Assembly (NCBI GenBank): GCA_963835065.1
Contig: CAWIEK010000011.1
Location: 64,001 to 128,000, forward strand
Reading direction: 5' to 3'
Source: an uncultured Chthonomonadaceae bacterium
GTDB taxonomy: Bacteria > Armatimonadota > Chthonomonadetes > Chthonomonadales > Chthonomonadaceae
DNA length: 64,000 nt
Part shown: in pieces, positions 1-10,372 of the stretch
How positions within the stretch are numbered: the first letter of the stretch is position 1
Layout: each line of letters opens with the position of its first letter
Translations under genes and position numbers: made by a program
The notes under the pieces: generated by a model
What the model was told of the DNA's origin: nothing
The model's input: the letters and a program-made list of their open reading frames with translations, nothing else
The model's database searches: none

Positions 1-103
1 GTCGTGACCTCAGCAACGTCAGGGTGGGCGGGTGTGGACAGGCATCTTCTTGCGCCTCCCTTCCTGTGGGTGTAACATCTGTGTAGTAGACGTATGTGCA
101 TGT

Positions 104-132
104 TTAGACAGGCTGAGTGAGGCAAAGGTTTC
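104..132 (-). promoter_or_regulatory. possible ECF-sigma promoter
   Basis: Minus strand reads GAAACC-N17-GTCTAA, similar to the AAC/GTC ECF consensus, upstream of a GGGAGG RBS near position 55-60. Confidence 0.3.
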
Positions 133-199
133 GTTTGTTTCGCGTTATTTTTAATTTTTTTGGATTGATTTTGCGGCAGGTTTGCTGTTGGCGTCGCCA

Positions 200-314
200 G
201 CAAAACACGCAGATGCTGAGCGAGAGGGATGCGGAAATCGCTTAGGATATTCACCAACAGCACACCCAGGAGCGCCACGCCTCGTAGGATGTCCAGTGCG
301 GTGTAGCGTTCCAT
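200..314 (-). pseudogene. N-terminal fragment of a DUF418/YeiB-like membrane protein
   Basis: Manual translation from ATG 314 gives MERYTALDILRGVALLGVLLVNILSDF, resembling the DxLRGxAxLGILxxNI start of DUF418 proteins. It then runs into A/T-rich, non-coding-looking sequence. Confidence 0.5.
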
Positions 315-381
315 TGCGCTGACAGGCTGCTAATGACTTAGATTTGCGCCAGTTGTCGTAATGCGCAGATGCTCCCTAGAA

Positions 382-443
382 CGCCATTCACAAACGCAAA
401 ATCAGCCCTCTTGAGAGGGCTGATTTTGCGTTTGTGAATGGCG
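382..443. terminator. perfect 30-bp inverted repeat (terminator-like hairpin)
   Basis: cgccattcacaaacgcaaaatcagccctct (382-411) pairs with 414-443. It lies just downstream of the PEP-CTERM gene stop at 467. Confidence 0.7.
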
Positions 444-466
444 CAGAATGCCGCCACCAGAACGCT

Positions 467-1369
467 TTAGTCTGCCCCACGTTTCCGTCTAAGCCTCAGC
501 AAACCCATTCCACTCATGCCCAGGCCGACGAGTAAGGCGATGTTGCCGGGTTCCGGTACAGCGTTGATGAGATGGAACGAGGAGTGGCCGTAGGTTACTC
601 CATCGTTTCTGACACGAAAGTTATTGACGTTCAATGCCGTTCCATCTTCCAGTGTGCCGGCGAGTGAGTAAAGGCTGTATCCGTTGATGTAGTTCGGATT
701 GATCAGGGACGCGACAAGGCCACTGCCGTAAATGTTGATTGTGCCGCCTTCCGCCGCGCGCAAGCCCCCAGCAAACAGGCCGCCATAGATGTTGAGAATG
801 CCCTGATTAAAAGCATCCACCTCTCCGGTGATATTGCCGCCGGTGACGTTGACGATGCAACTGCCCAGGGAATTGCCCAGATAGTCCGTGCTGCCGTTGG
901 CAACCAGCGCTCCGACCGTGCCGCCACTGACGTTGATCTGCTTGCCCTGCCCCTCCAGATCATCCACATTGCCGCCACTCACATTGATGATGGCCGCATC
1001 ATCGCTGAGGACAAAACCGCTGCTGCCACCAGAGATGTTGACAGTGCTGTTGTCATAGGGGAAAAGGCCGGCAACATTTCCCCCGGAGATACTGACCACG
1101 CTGGAATTGAAAATGTCCATCTCATTGGGAATGTCGGCTCCCACCACGACCTGAACTGTGGGCGAAGACGGGCCGGTGAAGTGGCGGCTGAAATCATTGT
1201 CATCGTAGTAGCCGCCCGCATAGCCGACAATGGCAAAGTCGGTGTTGACCGCGTTGTTGAGGGTGGCATTGTTAGGGTAGTAGGTGTAGGAGAAGGCAAA
1301 TTGGGCGCGCGCCTGCGTTGCGCTCAGCAGCGTTAGCCCGACAAGGGCGAGAGAGAATTTCAGGTTCAT
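467..1369 (-). CDS. PEP-CTERM sorting domain protein
   Basis: Signal peptide (ARA-Q) and C-terminal VPEPGNIALLVGLGMSGMGLLRLRRKR. Confidence 0.9.
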   Translation of the reverse strand: MNLKFSLALVGLTLLSATQARAQFAFSYTYYPNNATLNNAVNTDFAIVGYAGGYYDDNDFSRHFTGPSSPTVQVVVGADIPNEMDIFNSSVVSISGGNVAGLFPYDNSTVNISGGSSGFVLSDDAAIINVSGGNVDDLEGQGKQINVSGGTVGALVANGSTDYLGNSLGSCIVNVTGGNITGEVDAFNQGILNIYGGLFAGGLRAAEGGTINIYGSGLVASLINPNYINGYSLYSLAGTLEDGTALNVNNFRVRNDGVTYGHSSFHLINAVPEPGNIALLVGLGMSGMGLLRLRRKRGAD

Positions 1370-1402
1370 AGATGGTGTTTTCCTTTTCAGAGTACGGCTC
1401 GT

Positions 1403-2107
1403 TTACTTGCGGGCGCGACAGCGGCGAATGGCGAAGACGCCTCCGCTTACGCTCAGTCCAAGGAGAATCGCAACGCTGCCGGGTTCGGGGACTGCGGCGG
1501 GAGCGACCGTAAAGCGCACATTATCATAGCCGGCCCAGAGATCGTAACTGAAAGTGTCGGTGTCGCCGGTCACGACGAGATAGCGGATTGGATCGTTGCT
1601 GTCCAGCGTAACGCGCGCCGAGGCAAAGGTCGGGCTGAAGGCATACACCTCCCCGCTCACATAGTTCAAGTCGGCGTCCAGACCATAAAACAGAGCGCTT
1701 CCAAACCCCCAGTAGGTATCGAGGCTGACATCCATCACCGGTTGATCGAAGGCGATCCAGAAGTTGGGATCGCCGTTAGCATTGACATAGTCGGTGAGAC
1801 TGTGCAGCACATTGCCGGAAGGCAGCTCGGACGGATCGGCGGAGGCCGGGAAAGAGGGATCGAAGTCTGTTGCGGTGGCCGTCATTCCCGTATTGGTGGC
1901 GAAGGGAGTCCCGCTGAAATTGTTGCCACCCAGCACATTCGGGACGAAGTGTGCGCCCCAGGCGGCATACTGCTCCGAGATAGTCGTCCCTTCCAAAATC
2001 GCATTGCCGGAAGCGTCCGTGTCGAAATCAATCGTGTGGGTTTGTGCCTGCGCGCCTCCTGCCCACAACATCAGGGCAAGCACGACAAGCGCTATTCGCG
2101 TTTGCAT
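1403..2107 (-). CDS. PEP-CTERM sorting domain protein
   Basis: Signal peptide MQTRIALVVLALMLWAGGAQA and C-terminal VPEPGSVAILLGLSVSGGVFAIRRCRARK. Confidence 0.9.
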   Translation of the reverse strand: MQTRIALVVLALMLWAGGAQAQTHTIDFDTDASGNAILEGTTISEQYAAWGAHFVPNVLGGNNFSGTPFATNTGMTATATDFDPSFPASADPSELPSGNVLHSLTDYVNANGDPNFWIAFDQPVMDVSLDTYWGFGSALFYGLDADLNYVSGEVYAFSPTFASARVTLDSNDPIRYLVVTGDTDTFSYDLWAGYDNVRFTVAPAAVPEPGSVAILLGLSVSGGVFAIRRCRARK

Positions 2108-2141
2108 CGTAAGTTTTCCTTTCAAGCTGTTCATTCACTTT

Positions 2142-3660
2142 TTAGAGGCGACCGGCGCCGGAATACACATGAGAAACCGTGATGTCTGTGCCGACGCGCA
2201 GGGCGGGCAGGGAGAAACTGAACACAACATCGAGCGACGCGCCGGGGGCGAGGGAGCCGTTGGGGACACCCAACGCATAATAACTGCTGCCTAGCGGCTC
2301 GGCCACCTGCGTCTTTCCACTCACCTGCGGGCTGGCAAGAAAGGCGGCTCCGGGCGTGGTGAGCGTGACCTTGAGCAGGCCGGCCATCGGTGTGCCGGAC
2401 AAATTTTTCAGCGTCACAACGCGCTCCCATAGCTTGGAAACGGGATTGTAGCGCGGTTTGGCGGAGACGGTGATGCCCAGTTGGTTCGTGACTTCCTGTG
2501 GCGTTGGCAGGACGACATCCGAGGGCGTCAGCAAAACCGCTTCCGCCGAACGAATGGCAAATTGGCCCGGATAATACTCGAAGGCGACAAATCCCTCTGC
2601 CGCGATCTGCCCTTTGCTGTTGATGGCGTAAGGGAGCAGATGGGTGTAGGGCAACGCCTCGTCGGTCATGGCAATGAGGTTTTTTGTCCTGCTGCCGTCG
2701 TAGTAGAAGCCGGAATAGGGATGGAACGAATCGGAATACAGGCCCTCATCGCCGCTGCCGAACGCGCCTACGGCTTGTCCGGCGTCGTTGATGTCTACGG
2801 CAATGGACTTGGCTCCGAAGTGGTGAATATCAGTGAGAGTTCCGCCCGACCAGAGGGCGGCATGGTCCTGTCCATGTCCAAGCTGCAGTTCCACGTAGCC
2901 TGCCACGTTGCCATTGCCGTTGATGGCCCGCGCCCCGCCGCCTACTCCCAGGAAGGGAAGCGCTCTGCCTCCGTTGACGCTGTCCCAGAGGAAGGGCAGG
3001 CTTGGCGCGGTGGAGTTGACATTGCCTTCGCCCACGACCTGCCCCGCGTCGTTGAGGCCATACGCGGTTGCGCCCGTACCCGGAACGTTCAAGGCCGTTG
3101 GAACGCCATTCGCATCCCAGAGAACCGGCGTCGTCAGCCTTGCGCCTGGTGAAAACGACTGCCCTGCGATCTGGTTCGCGTTGTTTATTTTGCGCGGGAA
3201 CACGGAAGCGCCCGCTTGCAGCGGCAATAGAGGCGTTGCCGCGCCGCCGGCGAACAGGAAGTACCCGTTACCGGAGCCGTTCAGCGCGCTGTAAAAGCCG
3301 ATAAGACTGCCGCTGTCGTTGATGCCGGACCGTATAACTCAGAAAGGTAGAATTGGGATATACGGAATCGAACGCGTACTGCATTCCATTCACGGCATCC
3401 CATTCAAAGCCGAACAGGAAACCGCCGACCTTGCCGCCATTCGGCGAAGTTACCTGTCTTCCCGACGAGCCGCCCACCACCTGCGCAGTGGCATTAAGGC
3501 TGACACCGCGACTGAGCTTTAAGTTGTCATCGCCAGGCAGCCAGCCCAGCCGTGTCACCGTGAAACTGTTTTGCCCCAAAGCGGGTCTGGTCGTTGTGAC
3601 TGCCGTGACGGTTCCCGTAGTGAGAGCCAGAGCGAGAATACTGCGGAAGAGTGGTTTCAT
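2142..3660 (-). CDS. secreted HAF-family extracellular repeat protein (frameshift near 3330)
   Basis: Starts MKPLFRSILALAL (signal peptide). Repeats AxxIN(D/N)xGQ(V/I)VG and HAALW. The frame switches near 3330 into SGINDSGSLIGFY, joining ORFs 3268-3846 and 2142-3227. Confidence 0.75.
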
Positions 3661-3864
3661 GCATGTGTTACCTTTCAAGAAAGCAAACGTTGTGAGAGAA
3701 CTGCCTGCGGAACAGTTACTTGCAGGCGCAGTATTTTCGGGGGGCGCATAAAGAGGAGAAGTTTCCGGCTGCCCTTCTGAGAAGAAAGGATGGCAGGCCA
3801 GCGTGTCAAAAAGTGTTACAAAGCAGCAGGATTTTTCGCCGTTCACAGTAAATCTAGTTCTGAA

Positions 3865-6800
3865 ATGAAAGACAGCCCGAAATCAACTGTTTTCGCATCG
3901 CCGGAAGAGGATCCCCCCGCTCCTTGCCTCTGCCTGTTCGGCGTTTTTTCCCTCAGCGTTCAGGGACGCGCCGCGCAGTCTCTCTCCCGCGCCGCAAAAG
4001 AACTGCTGGCCCTGCTTGTGCTGCGCGGCGAAACCCAGACCACACGCTCCTGGCTTGTGGGTGTTCTCTGGCCCGATGCCGCGCCCGACCGCGTTCTTTA
4101 CTACCTGCGCCGCACCCTGAGCGAACTCCGCGCCGCGCTCGGTCCCGACCGCAACCGGCTTGTCTCGCCGGATACGACAACCCTGCGCTTCGACACAAAG
4201 GGAATAAGTTGTGATGTTCTCGACTTCGACTGCCTGGTAAAGCAGAACACCGAGGCGGCCTTATCGCAGGCGGTAGCGCTGTATCACGGCGCGCTGCTTG
4301 AAAATCACGACGCGGAATGGATTGGACCGGAACGCTTCGCCCGCGCGGAACGCTATCTCGCCGCGTTGGAAACGCTTGCCGGGTTGCGGGAGCAGGGGGG
4401 AAATTTACCGGAAGCGGCGCGTTTGTGGCAGCGCTCTCTCGCCGCCGACCGCCTGCGCGAACCGGCGTATCGCCGTCTTATGGGGATTTATGGGCGGTTG
4501 GGCGATGGGGTAGGCATGGAGCGGCTGTACCGCGAGTTACGACGTCACCTGTGGGACGAACTGCACGTCGAGCCGACCGCAGAAACCACCGCGCTGTACC
4601 AGGCTCTTCGCGCTCGAATGCAGACGCGTTCCACAGAGCGTATTGAAGAAAACAGACTGGCCGCGTCTCTTGCCGCCGCACCCGCTTTACCCTGCCCGCT
4701 GACCCTGCTCGTGGGGCGGGTAGCGGAACAGGAGAAGAGTCATGCCGCGCTGCAAACCGCTCGCCTGGTGACGCTGGTTGGGCCGGGAGGCGTGGGAAAG
4801 ACCCGGCTGGCGCTGGCCGTCGGGGAACGGGAACGCCAGAACTATGCAGATGGCGCGCGCTTCGCCGACCTGACGCCTGCCAAAACCGACAAGGATGTGC
4901 CGCAGGCCGTCATAGCCGCGCTCGGCCTGGTCTCCGAGGCAGGCGTGACCATGCAGGAGGCGCTGCGCGGCTTTTTTCAGCCCCGGCAGTTGCTGCTGAT
5001 TCTGGACAACGCCGAGCATCTTGCTGACGCCTGTGCCGCGCTTGCAGGCGAGTTGCTGCGCGCCTGTCCCCACCTGACGATTCTCTGCACCAGCCGCCAG
5101 CCGCTGTATGTTCCCGGTGAGATTGTGCTGCCGATTGCGCCGCTTGCCGTGCCGGACGCGACCAGGCCCCATGCTTCGCCCGCCGTGTATGCAGAGAGCC
5201 TGTCACAGTATGATTCGGTCTCCCTGCTGCTGGACAGGGTTCGCCAGGCCGCGCCCGCCTTTCGCCTGACGCCGCGCAACGCCCCTGCGGTCGCCCACAT
5301 CTGCCGCCGCCTTGACGGACTTCCGCTGGCGCTGGAACTCGCTGCTGCCCGGTTCCGCAGCCTGTCTGCCTCGGAGATTGCCGCCAGGCTGGATACCCGA
5401 TTTCGCCTGCTGGGAAGCGGCAATCCCGCCCTGCCGCGCCATCGCACCCTGCACGCCGCTCTCGATTGGAGTTACGATCTGCTGACGGGAGCGGAGCGGC
5501 GCTTGCTGCGGCATCTCTGCGTGTTTCGGGGTGGCTGGACACTGGAAGCGGCGGAAGCGGTCTGCCCCGTTGAAGAATCGGAAACAGTGTCGCTTTTGAC
5601 CTCCCTGGTAGACAAATCGCTGGTGGTGTACGAAACGCCGGACGAGCAGGCGCGGTATCGCCTGCTGGAGATGACCCGGCAGTATGCGGCGGAACGCCTG
5701 GAGGCGGAGGAGCAATCGGCATTGGAAGCGCGTCATGCCGCCTTCTTTTATGACATGGCCCGCTCGGCGGATGCGGAGGCGCAGGCGACTTATCTGCCCC
5801 AGCGCACGCTTGCGCTCTGGCAGGAACGTGACAACTTCCGCTCTGTCCATGCCTGGTATCAGGAGCGGGATGCGGACAGGGCGTTGTGGCTGGAGTTCTT
5901 CCTGTATGCCGCTAGCATTTGGTCCCTACAGAACGCAGACGAGTGGATTTCCCGCTTGCAGCAGCCCATGCCTCCCACGCAAACCAGCATCTTCATCATG
6001 CTAATAGTGGGATCTTGGACACTCTGGAACGGACATTCCGCCTGCGAAGTTTTGTTACAAAACACACTGGCGTTGGCTCGCGCTTGCGACGAGCGCGTAC
6101 TTCAAATGCACGCGCTGGATCTGCTCAGTACCCTGGAAGAAGAGCGCGGCAACTCGCGCCGCGCATGGGAATATGCGGAACAGGCCATTGCCATCGCGCC
6201 GGATAATGTGAGTGCCTTTATTCTGGCGAGAATGGTGGGAAGGGCCGCGCTGTATATGGCGCAGTCGGGGGAAGCTGAGGCGGCCGTGGCGCGAATGCGG
6301 ACGCAACTTCAGGAAGGCCGACGAAGCAGCGACTGGCGCGTTGTTCATCCGACTTTGGATATTCTGGGACAAATTTTGCTGCAACAGGGCGAGTACGCGG
6401 AAGCCTGGGCGTACTGGAACGAGTGCGTTCCGCTTGCCGAGCAGTTCCAGCCCCAATCGCTGCCCAACCTGTGGCGGCAACTCGCGCAGACGGCTCGCAG
6501 GCAGAACAACAATGCGGAAACGTGGCGCTGTCTGGAGCAGGCGCTTGCCGTCAGTCAGCAGTTAAAGGCTCTGGATCGGGAAGGCTGGACGCGCTGGGAC
6601 ATGGCGGAACTGGCTTTTCAGCAGGGCGACCGGGCAGGAGCGCAGGCCCATTTGCGGGAGTGCTTTACTGTGTTCGAGGCCAATTTCGAGCCGCGCAGCC
6701 TGACCCTGTGCCTGATCAAAATGGCAAAGTTCTGCGCCGCCTGGGAACAGTACGCCCGGGCCGCCACTCTGCTGGGCAGTGTGGAACGGGCTTTTGAAGA

Positions 6801-6969
6801 AAAGAACTTTGCCACGAGTTCGCATCACCAGGAGCTTCGCGTCTCCCTTGCTGAGGACGTTTGCCGCGCCATCGGAGCCGAAGCGTGGCAGGCCGCTTGG
6901 GAGCGCGGCAGGCAAATGCCTCTGGCGCAAGCCGTGGCTTATGCCGCAGACCACGAGCGTTCCTCCTGA
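3865..6969 (+). CDS. AfsR/SARP-family regulator (winged HTH-BTAD-NTPase-TPR)
   Basis: BTAD motifs (LY.G.LL, REPAYRRLM), Walker A GPGGVGKT, LLLILDNAEH, LDGLPLALELAA and C-terminal TPR helices. Confidence 0.9.
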   Translation: MKDSPKSTVFASPEEDPPAPCLCLFGVFSLSVQGRAAQSLSRAAKELLALLVLRGETQTTRSWLVGVLWPDAAPDRVLYYLRRTLSELRAALGPDRNRLVSPDTTTLRFDTKGISCDVLDFDCLVKQNTEAALSQAVALYHGALLENHDAEWIGPERFARAERYLAALETLAGLREQGGNLPEAARLWQRSLAADRLREPAYRRLMGIYGRLGDGVGMERLYRELRRHLWDELHVEPTAETTALYQALRARMQTRSTERIEENRLAASLAAAPALPCPLTLLVGRVAEQEKSHAALQTARLVTLVGPGGVGKTRLALAVGERERQNYADGARFADLTPAKTDKDVPQAVIAALGLVSEAGVTMQEALRGFFQPRQLLLILDNAEHLADACAALAGELLRACPHLTILCTSRQPLYVPGEIVLPIAPLAVPDATRPHASPAVYAESLSQYDSVSLLLDRVRQAAPAFRLTPRNAPAVAHICRRLDGLPLALELAAARFRSLSASEIAARLDTRFRLLGSGNPALPRHRTLHAALDWSYDLLTGAERRLLRHLCVFRGGWTLEAAEAVCPVEESETVSLLTSLVDKSLVVYETPDEQARYRLLEMTRQYAAERLEAEEQSALEARHAAFFYDMARSADAEAQATYLPQRTLALWQERDNFRSVHAWYQERDADRALWLEFFLYAASIWSLQNADEWISRLQQPMPPTQTSIFIMLIVGSWTLWNGHSACEVLLQNTLALARACDERVLQMHALDLLSTLEEERGNSRRAWEYAEQAIAIAPDNVSAFILARMVGRAALYMAQSGEAEAAVARMRTQLQEGRRSSDWRVVHPTLDILGQILLQQGEYAEAWAYWNECVPLAEQFQPQSLPNLWRQLAQTARRQNNNAETWRCLEQALAVSQQLKALDREGWTRWDMAELAFQQGDRAGAQAHLRECFTVFEANFEPRSLTLCLIKMAKFCAAWEQYARAATLLGSVERAFEEKNFATSSHHQELRVSLAEDVCRAIGAEAWQAAWERGRQMPLAQAVAYAADHERSS

Positions 6970-7363
6970 CTGAAAAACGCTTCCGATGGCGTAACATTCA
7001 GGGAGTAAGCCGATTTTCGGCATACAGTGGCAGCACAATCTGGTGCAAAGAGATCGCTTGAACTAGCAATCATTGCCAGCGAGGAAGGATGGTCATCTTC
7101 TGAACCCAAATAATTTCCAAAGTGTGAAAACGGGCTTTTCAAGACCCTGCTCATCCAGGTACACTTATGCCCCATAACGCGTTTTATGCAGCACAACAAC
7201 ATTTCAAAGAGCGGCCAAGCAACCGCTCTTTCCATTCCCTCGATAGGCAGACATAACCCCTATTCTGTCAGTTCATTCTTCCAACCGCCATTTTAAACCA
7301 GAAATCCTCTCAATTGCTCGCTCGCTATTTTGTACGTGATAATCCCTTTTATCACGAAAAGCG

Positions 7364-7533
7364 GCGTTCAGCGCACTTTGAGAAGGGGCAGGTCGCCGGC
7401 GGAGTCGAGGGGTTCCTAGAGCTTGGGGCTTTGCTTGCCGGGGGCGACGAGTTCACGGACGCGGTTGAAGATGTAGCTGAAGGCGTTGCGGAACACGATT
7501 ACGCCGTCCGCGTCCACGTAGGCTTTGTTTTGC
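7364..7533 (-). repeat. orphan copy of the 3' end of the WD40-caspase gene (direct repeat of 10369-10538)
   Basis: 170 bp ungapped with 10 mismatches by manual alignment: 9 synonymous and 1 TAC>TAG. Confidence 0.95.
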
Positions 7534-7610
7534 TGTTGGGAATGTTCGCTTTCTCTCTACAGGCAGGGATAGGGTATAATCAAAAAGGTAGATAGAAAGG
7601 AAGCACGACG

Positions 7611-7854
7611 ATGGCAGAAGTCACAACTTTCGTCCGAAGCCAGACGCCAGATTGCCGCCCTGGAAGCGACAAACGAACGATTGCTTACGGAAGGCATGAA
7701 CCTCGACGCGCGTACCAAAGCCCTTGAAGAACTCACGCGCCGCAAGGAAAACATGGTTCGCCGCTATCAGGAATTTCTCGCTGAAATCCAGGCCGAACGC
7801 CAGGCCATTGAAGCCGAGTACCAGCGTATCAACAGCGTGAGCAAGTCAAGCTGA
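7611..7854 (+). CDS. small coiled-coil protein (apparent frameshift near 7625)
   Basis: RBS plus ATG at 7611. The shifted frame reads LSSEARRQIAALEATNERLLTEG...AEYQRINSVSKSS, and its stop overlaps the HNH start (TGATG). Confidence 0.5.
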
Positions 7855-8351
7855 TGCGGAACGCTCTGCGGCAATCGGTTCGCTCCCGTGATGACTTTCG
7901 CTGTCGTTATTGCAGCGTGACGGAAACTGATGTTGGTTCTGAACTGACTAATGATCACTTTCAGCCCCGCGCTCAGGGTGGAAATGATGCCCCTGATAAT
8001 CTTGTCTACTGCTGCCACCCTTGCAACGAATTCAAACATGATTACTGGCAGACGGAACAGGATTGACGTCTGCTTCACCCGCTTTTCGATACGCCGGCAG
8101 AACACATCCACGAACAAGACGACGGCACTCTGCTTGCTATGATAGAGCGCGGGGGCAATCATCTGCGCGTCCTGCGCCTTAATCGTCCCGAACTCATTGC
8201 TCACCGAATATGCAAGCGATTTTTAGAGACACGCGAAGTTCAGCACAAGGCAGCGGAAGAGCGGTTTGCCCGGATAGAAGCAGAACTCCGCGACCTCAAA
8301 TGTAATGTTGCAGTTCGTGACATTTTGCGCCCCGCGCCTGCGCCAATATAG
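7854..8351 (+). pseudogene. HNH endonuclease with in-frame stop
   Basis: CRYC...DHFQPRAQGG.D..DNLVYCCHPCNEFK. TGA at 8064-8066, then the same frame continues RLLHP...LRLNRPEL. Confidence 0.8.
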
Positions 8352-8493
8352 CCAGGCGCGATTGTTGTTCGTGCCAAATCCCGCTGCCAGCATATTTATG
8401 ATTTATTGCAGGAACGGCAGGGAATTTCCTGTTCCAAGGAGAACTACACGGGCAGTACGTACATAAACTTCCTCAAAGAGAGAGCAGGCAATC

Positions 8494-9672
8494 GTGAGAA
8501 TTGAAGCCATCCATATACAGAACTATAAGATGTTTCAGGACGTTAACCTCAAAAACCTTCCTAACATGTGCGTGTTTTTAGGAGCAAATGGTTCTGGAAA
8601 GTCCACACTCTTTGATGTATTCACGTTTTTGCAGGATGCGCTTACGCATAATGTACGGCAGGCATTGGCACGAAGGGGAGGCTTTCGAGAGGTTGTTTCC
8701 CGCAATAAACAAGGGCCTATTTCTATAGAACTGAAATTTCGTGACACCGCCGATGGCCCACTTATTACCTATAGTGTGCAAATCGGGCAGGAACAGGGGC
8801 AGCCCATCGTAGAAAGTGAACTGTTGCAGTATAGGCGTGGGCAGCGCGGACAACCTTGGCGTTTCCTGGACTTCAAACATGGAGTAGGTAATGCCATCAC
8901 AAACGAAGAAGATTATGACAAACCGGATGCGGAAATGAAACGCGAACCTCAGAAGTTGGATGCGCCTGATATTTTGGCGATCAAAGGATTGGGGCAGTTT
9001 CAACGGTTTCCTGCCGCGACGCAGTTTCGTCGCCTCATTGAAAATTGGTACATCTCTGATTTTCATATCAGCGACGCGCGTGACAGTCCTGAAGCCGGTT
9101 ATGCAGAGCATCTTTCTGCGCGAGGTGAAAACCTTCCACTCGTAGCGCAGTATTTATACGAAAATCACCGGGATCGTTTTAATGCGGTGCTGGACAAGAT
9201 GAAACAGAGTATTCCGGGCGTGTCTCAGGTGCAGGCGGCGCTGACGGAAGACGGGCGCGTGGTGTTGAAATTCCAGGATGGCGCTTTCAAAGACCCCTTT
9301 ATAGCCAGGCATGTCTCGGATGGAACCATTAAGATGTTCGCCTACCTCCTGTTGCTGCACGACCCCAACCCGCACCCGCTCCTGGCAATAGAAGAACCTG
9401 AAAACCAATTGCATCCAGAGCTTCTGCTGGAGTTGGCAGAGGAGTTTCGTGGCTATGCGCGGCGCGGAGGGCAAGTTTTTGTTTCCACACACTCGCCTGA
9501 CTTTGTAAACGGTGTGCGCCTTGATGAACTTTTCTGGCTGACCAAGAAGGAGGGCTACACTCAGATTACCCGCGCATCCAACGACGATACACTGAGAAAT
9601 TTGGTGCGAGAAGGTGACTTGCCGGGCTATTTATGGAAGCAGAAATTCTTTGTGGGAGCCGGTCCAAAGTGA
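8494..9672 (+). CDS. AAA_21/ABC-type ATPase
   Basis: Walker A GANGSGKST, signature-like SDGT, Walker B IEEPENQLHP and H-loop STHS. Confidence 0.9.
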   Translation: MRIEAIHIQNYKMFQDVNLKNLPNMCVFLGANGSGKSTLFDVFTFLQDALTHNVRQALARRGGFREVVSRNKQGPISIELKFRDTADGPLITYSVQIGQEQGQPIVESELLQYRRGQRGQPWRFLDFKHGVGNAITNEEDYDKPDAEMKREPQKLDAPDILAIKGLGQFQRFPAATQFRRLIENWYISDFHISDARDSPEAGYAEHLSARGENLPLVAQYLYENHRDRFNAVLDKMKQSIPGVSQVQAALTEDGRVVLKFQDGAFKDPFIARHVSDGTIKMFAYLLLLHDPNPHPLLAIEEPENQLHPELLLELAEEFRGYARRGGQVFVSTHSPDFVNGVRLDELFWLTKKEGYTQITRASNDDTLRNLVREGDLPGYLWKQKFFVGAGPK

Positions 9673-10298
9673 CAAAACTTGTGTTTCTGGTCGAAGAACC
9701 TTCCATAAGTGAGGTCCTGGAGGTGCTGCTTCCACGTCTTTTACCACAGAACATCCTTTTTCAAGTCGTGCCGCACGAAGGCAAGAACGATCTTGAAAAA
9801 TCTATTCCACGTAAACTTAAGGGTTGGCGGGAACCAGGCGTTCGCTTTGTGGTTATGCGGGACAATGATAATGGCGATTGTAAACAGCTAAAAGCGAGAC
9901 TGATGGAAATGTGTGCAGAGAACCAACGCGCTGACACGTTGGTTCGCATTGTCTGTCAGGAATTAGAAGCGTGGTATCTGGGGGATTTAGCTGCCGTTGC
10001 TAACGCTTATAACAAGCCTTCCCTCGCTCTACAGCAGAACACGCGAAAGTTTCGTGATCCAGACAAATTAACACGCCCCTCCGAACACATCCAGCGTCTT
10101 GTGCCGGAATTTGAAAAATTCGCTGGCGCTCGCAACATAGCCCCGTATCTTACGATAGAAAACGCGCGTTCCCATAGTTTCCGTGCCTTTGTCAACGGCG
10201 TTCGCCGCCTCGTTGTCGAAGCAACACAGAACGCTTCCAACCATCAAAATACTTTAGATGCGGCACAATCTACTAAACAGACCGCTCCAACAGACTGA
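9669..10298 (+). CDS. DUF4276-family (TOPRIM-like) protein
   Basis: LVFLVEEPS, VMRDND and QELEAWYLGD motifs. The GTG start overlaps the ATPase stop. Confidence 0.8.
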   Translation: MTKLVFLVEEPSISEVLEVLLPRLLPQNILFQVVPHEGKNDLEKSIPRKLKGWREPGVRFVVMRDNDNGDCKQLKARLMEMCAENQRADTLVRIVCQELEAWYLGDLAAVANAYNKPSLALQQNTRKFRDPDKLTRPSEHIQRLVPEFEKFAGARNIAPYLTIENARSHSFRAFVNGVRRLVVEATQNASNHQNTLDAAQSTKQTAPTD

Positions 10299-10372
10299 GC
10301 CGAGGCTGCATGCGCCCTATTGTTCGCGCATTGTTGTTTTGGTAGTTACTGACGCATAACAAATTTTCGCGT

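Noticed and set aside
7314..7595. 93-aa plus-strand ORF
   Set aside because: It is the antisense reading of the duplicated caspase 3' end.
8064..8066. Selenocysteine or recoding at the HNH in-frame TGA
   Set aside because: It is not at a Cys position of the motif and no SECIS-like hairpin is evident. A nonsense mutation or base error is simpler.
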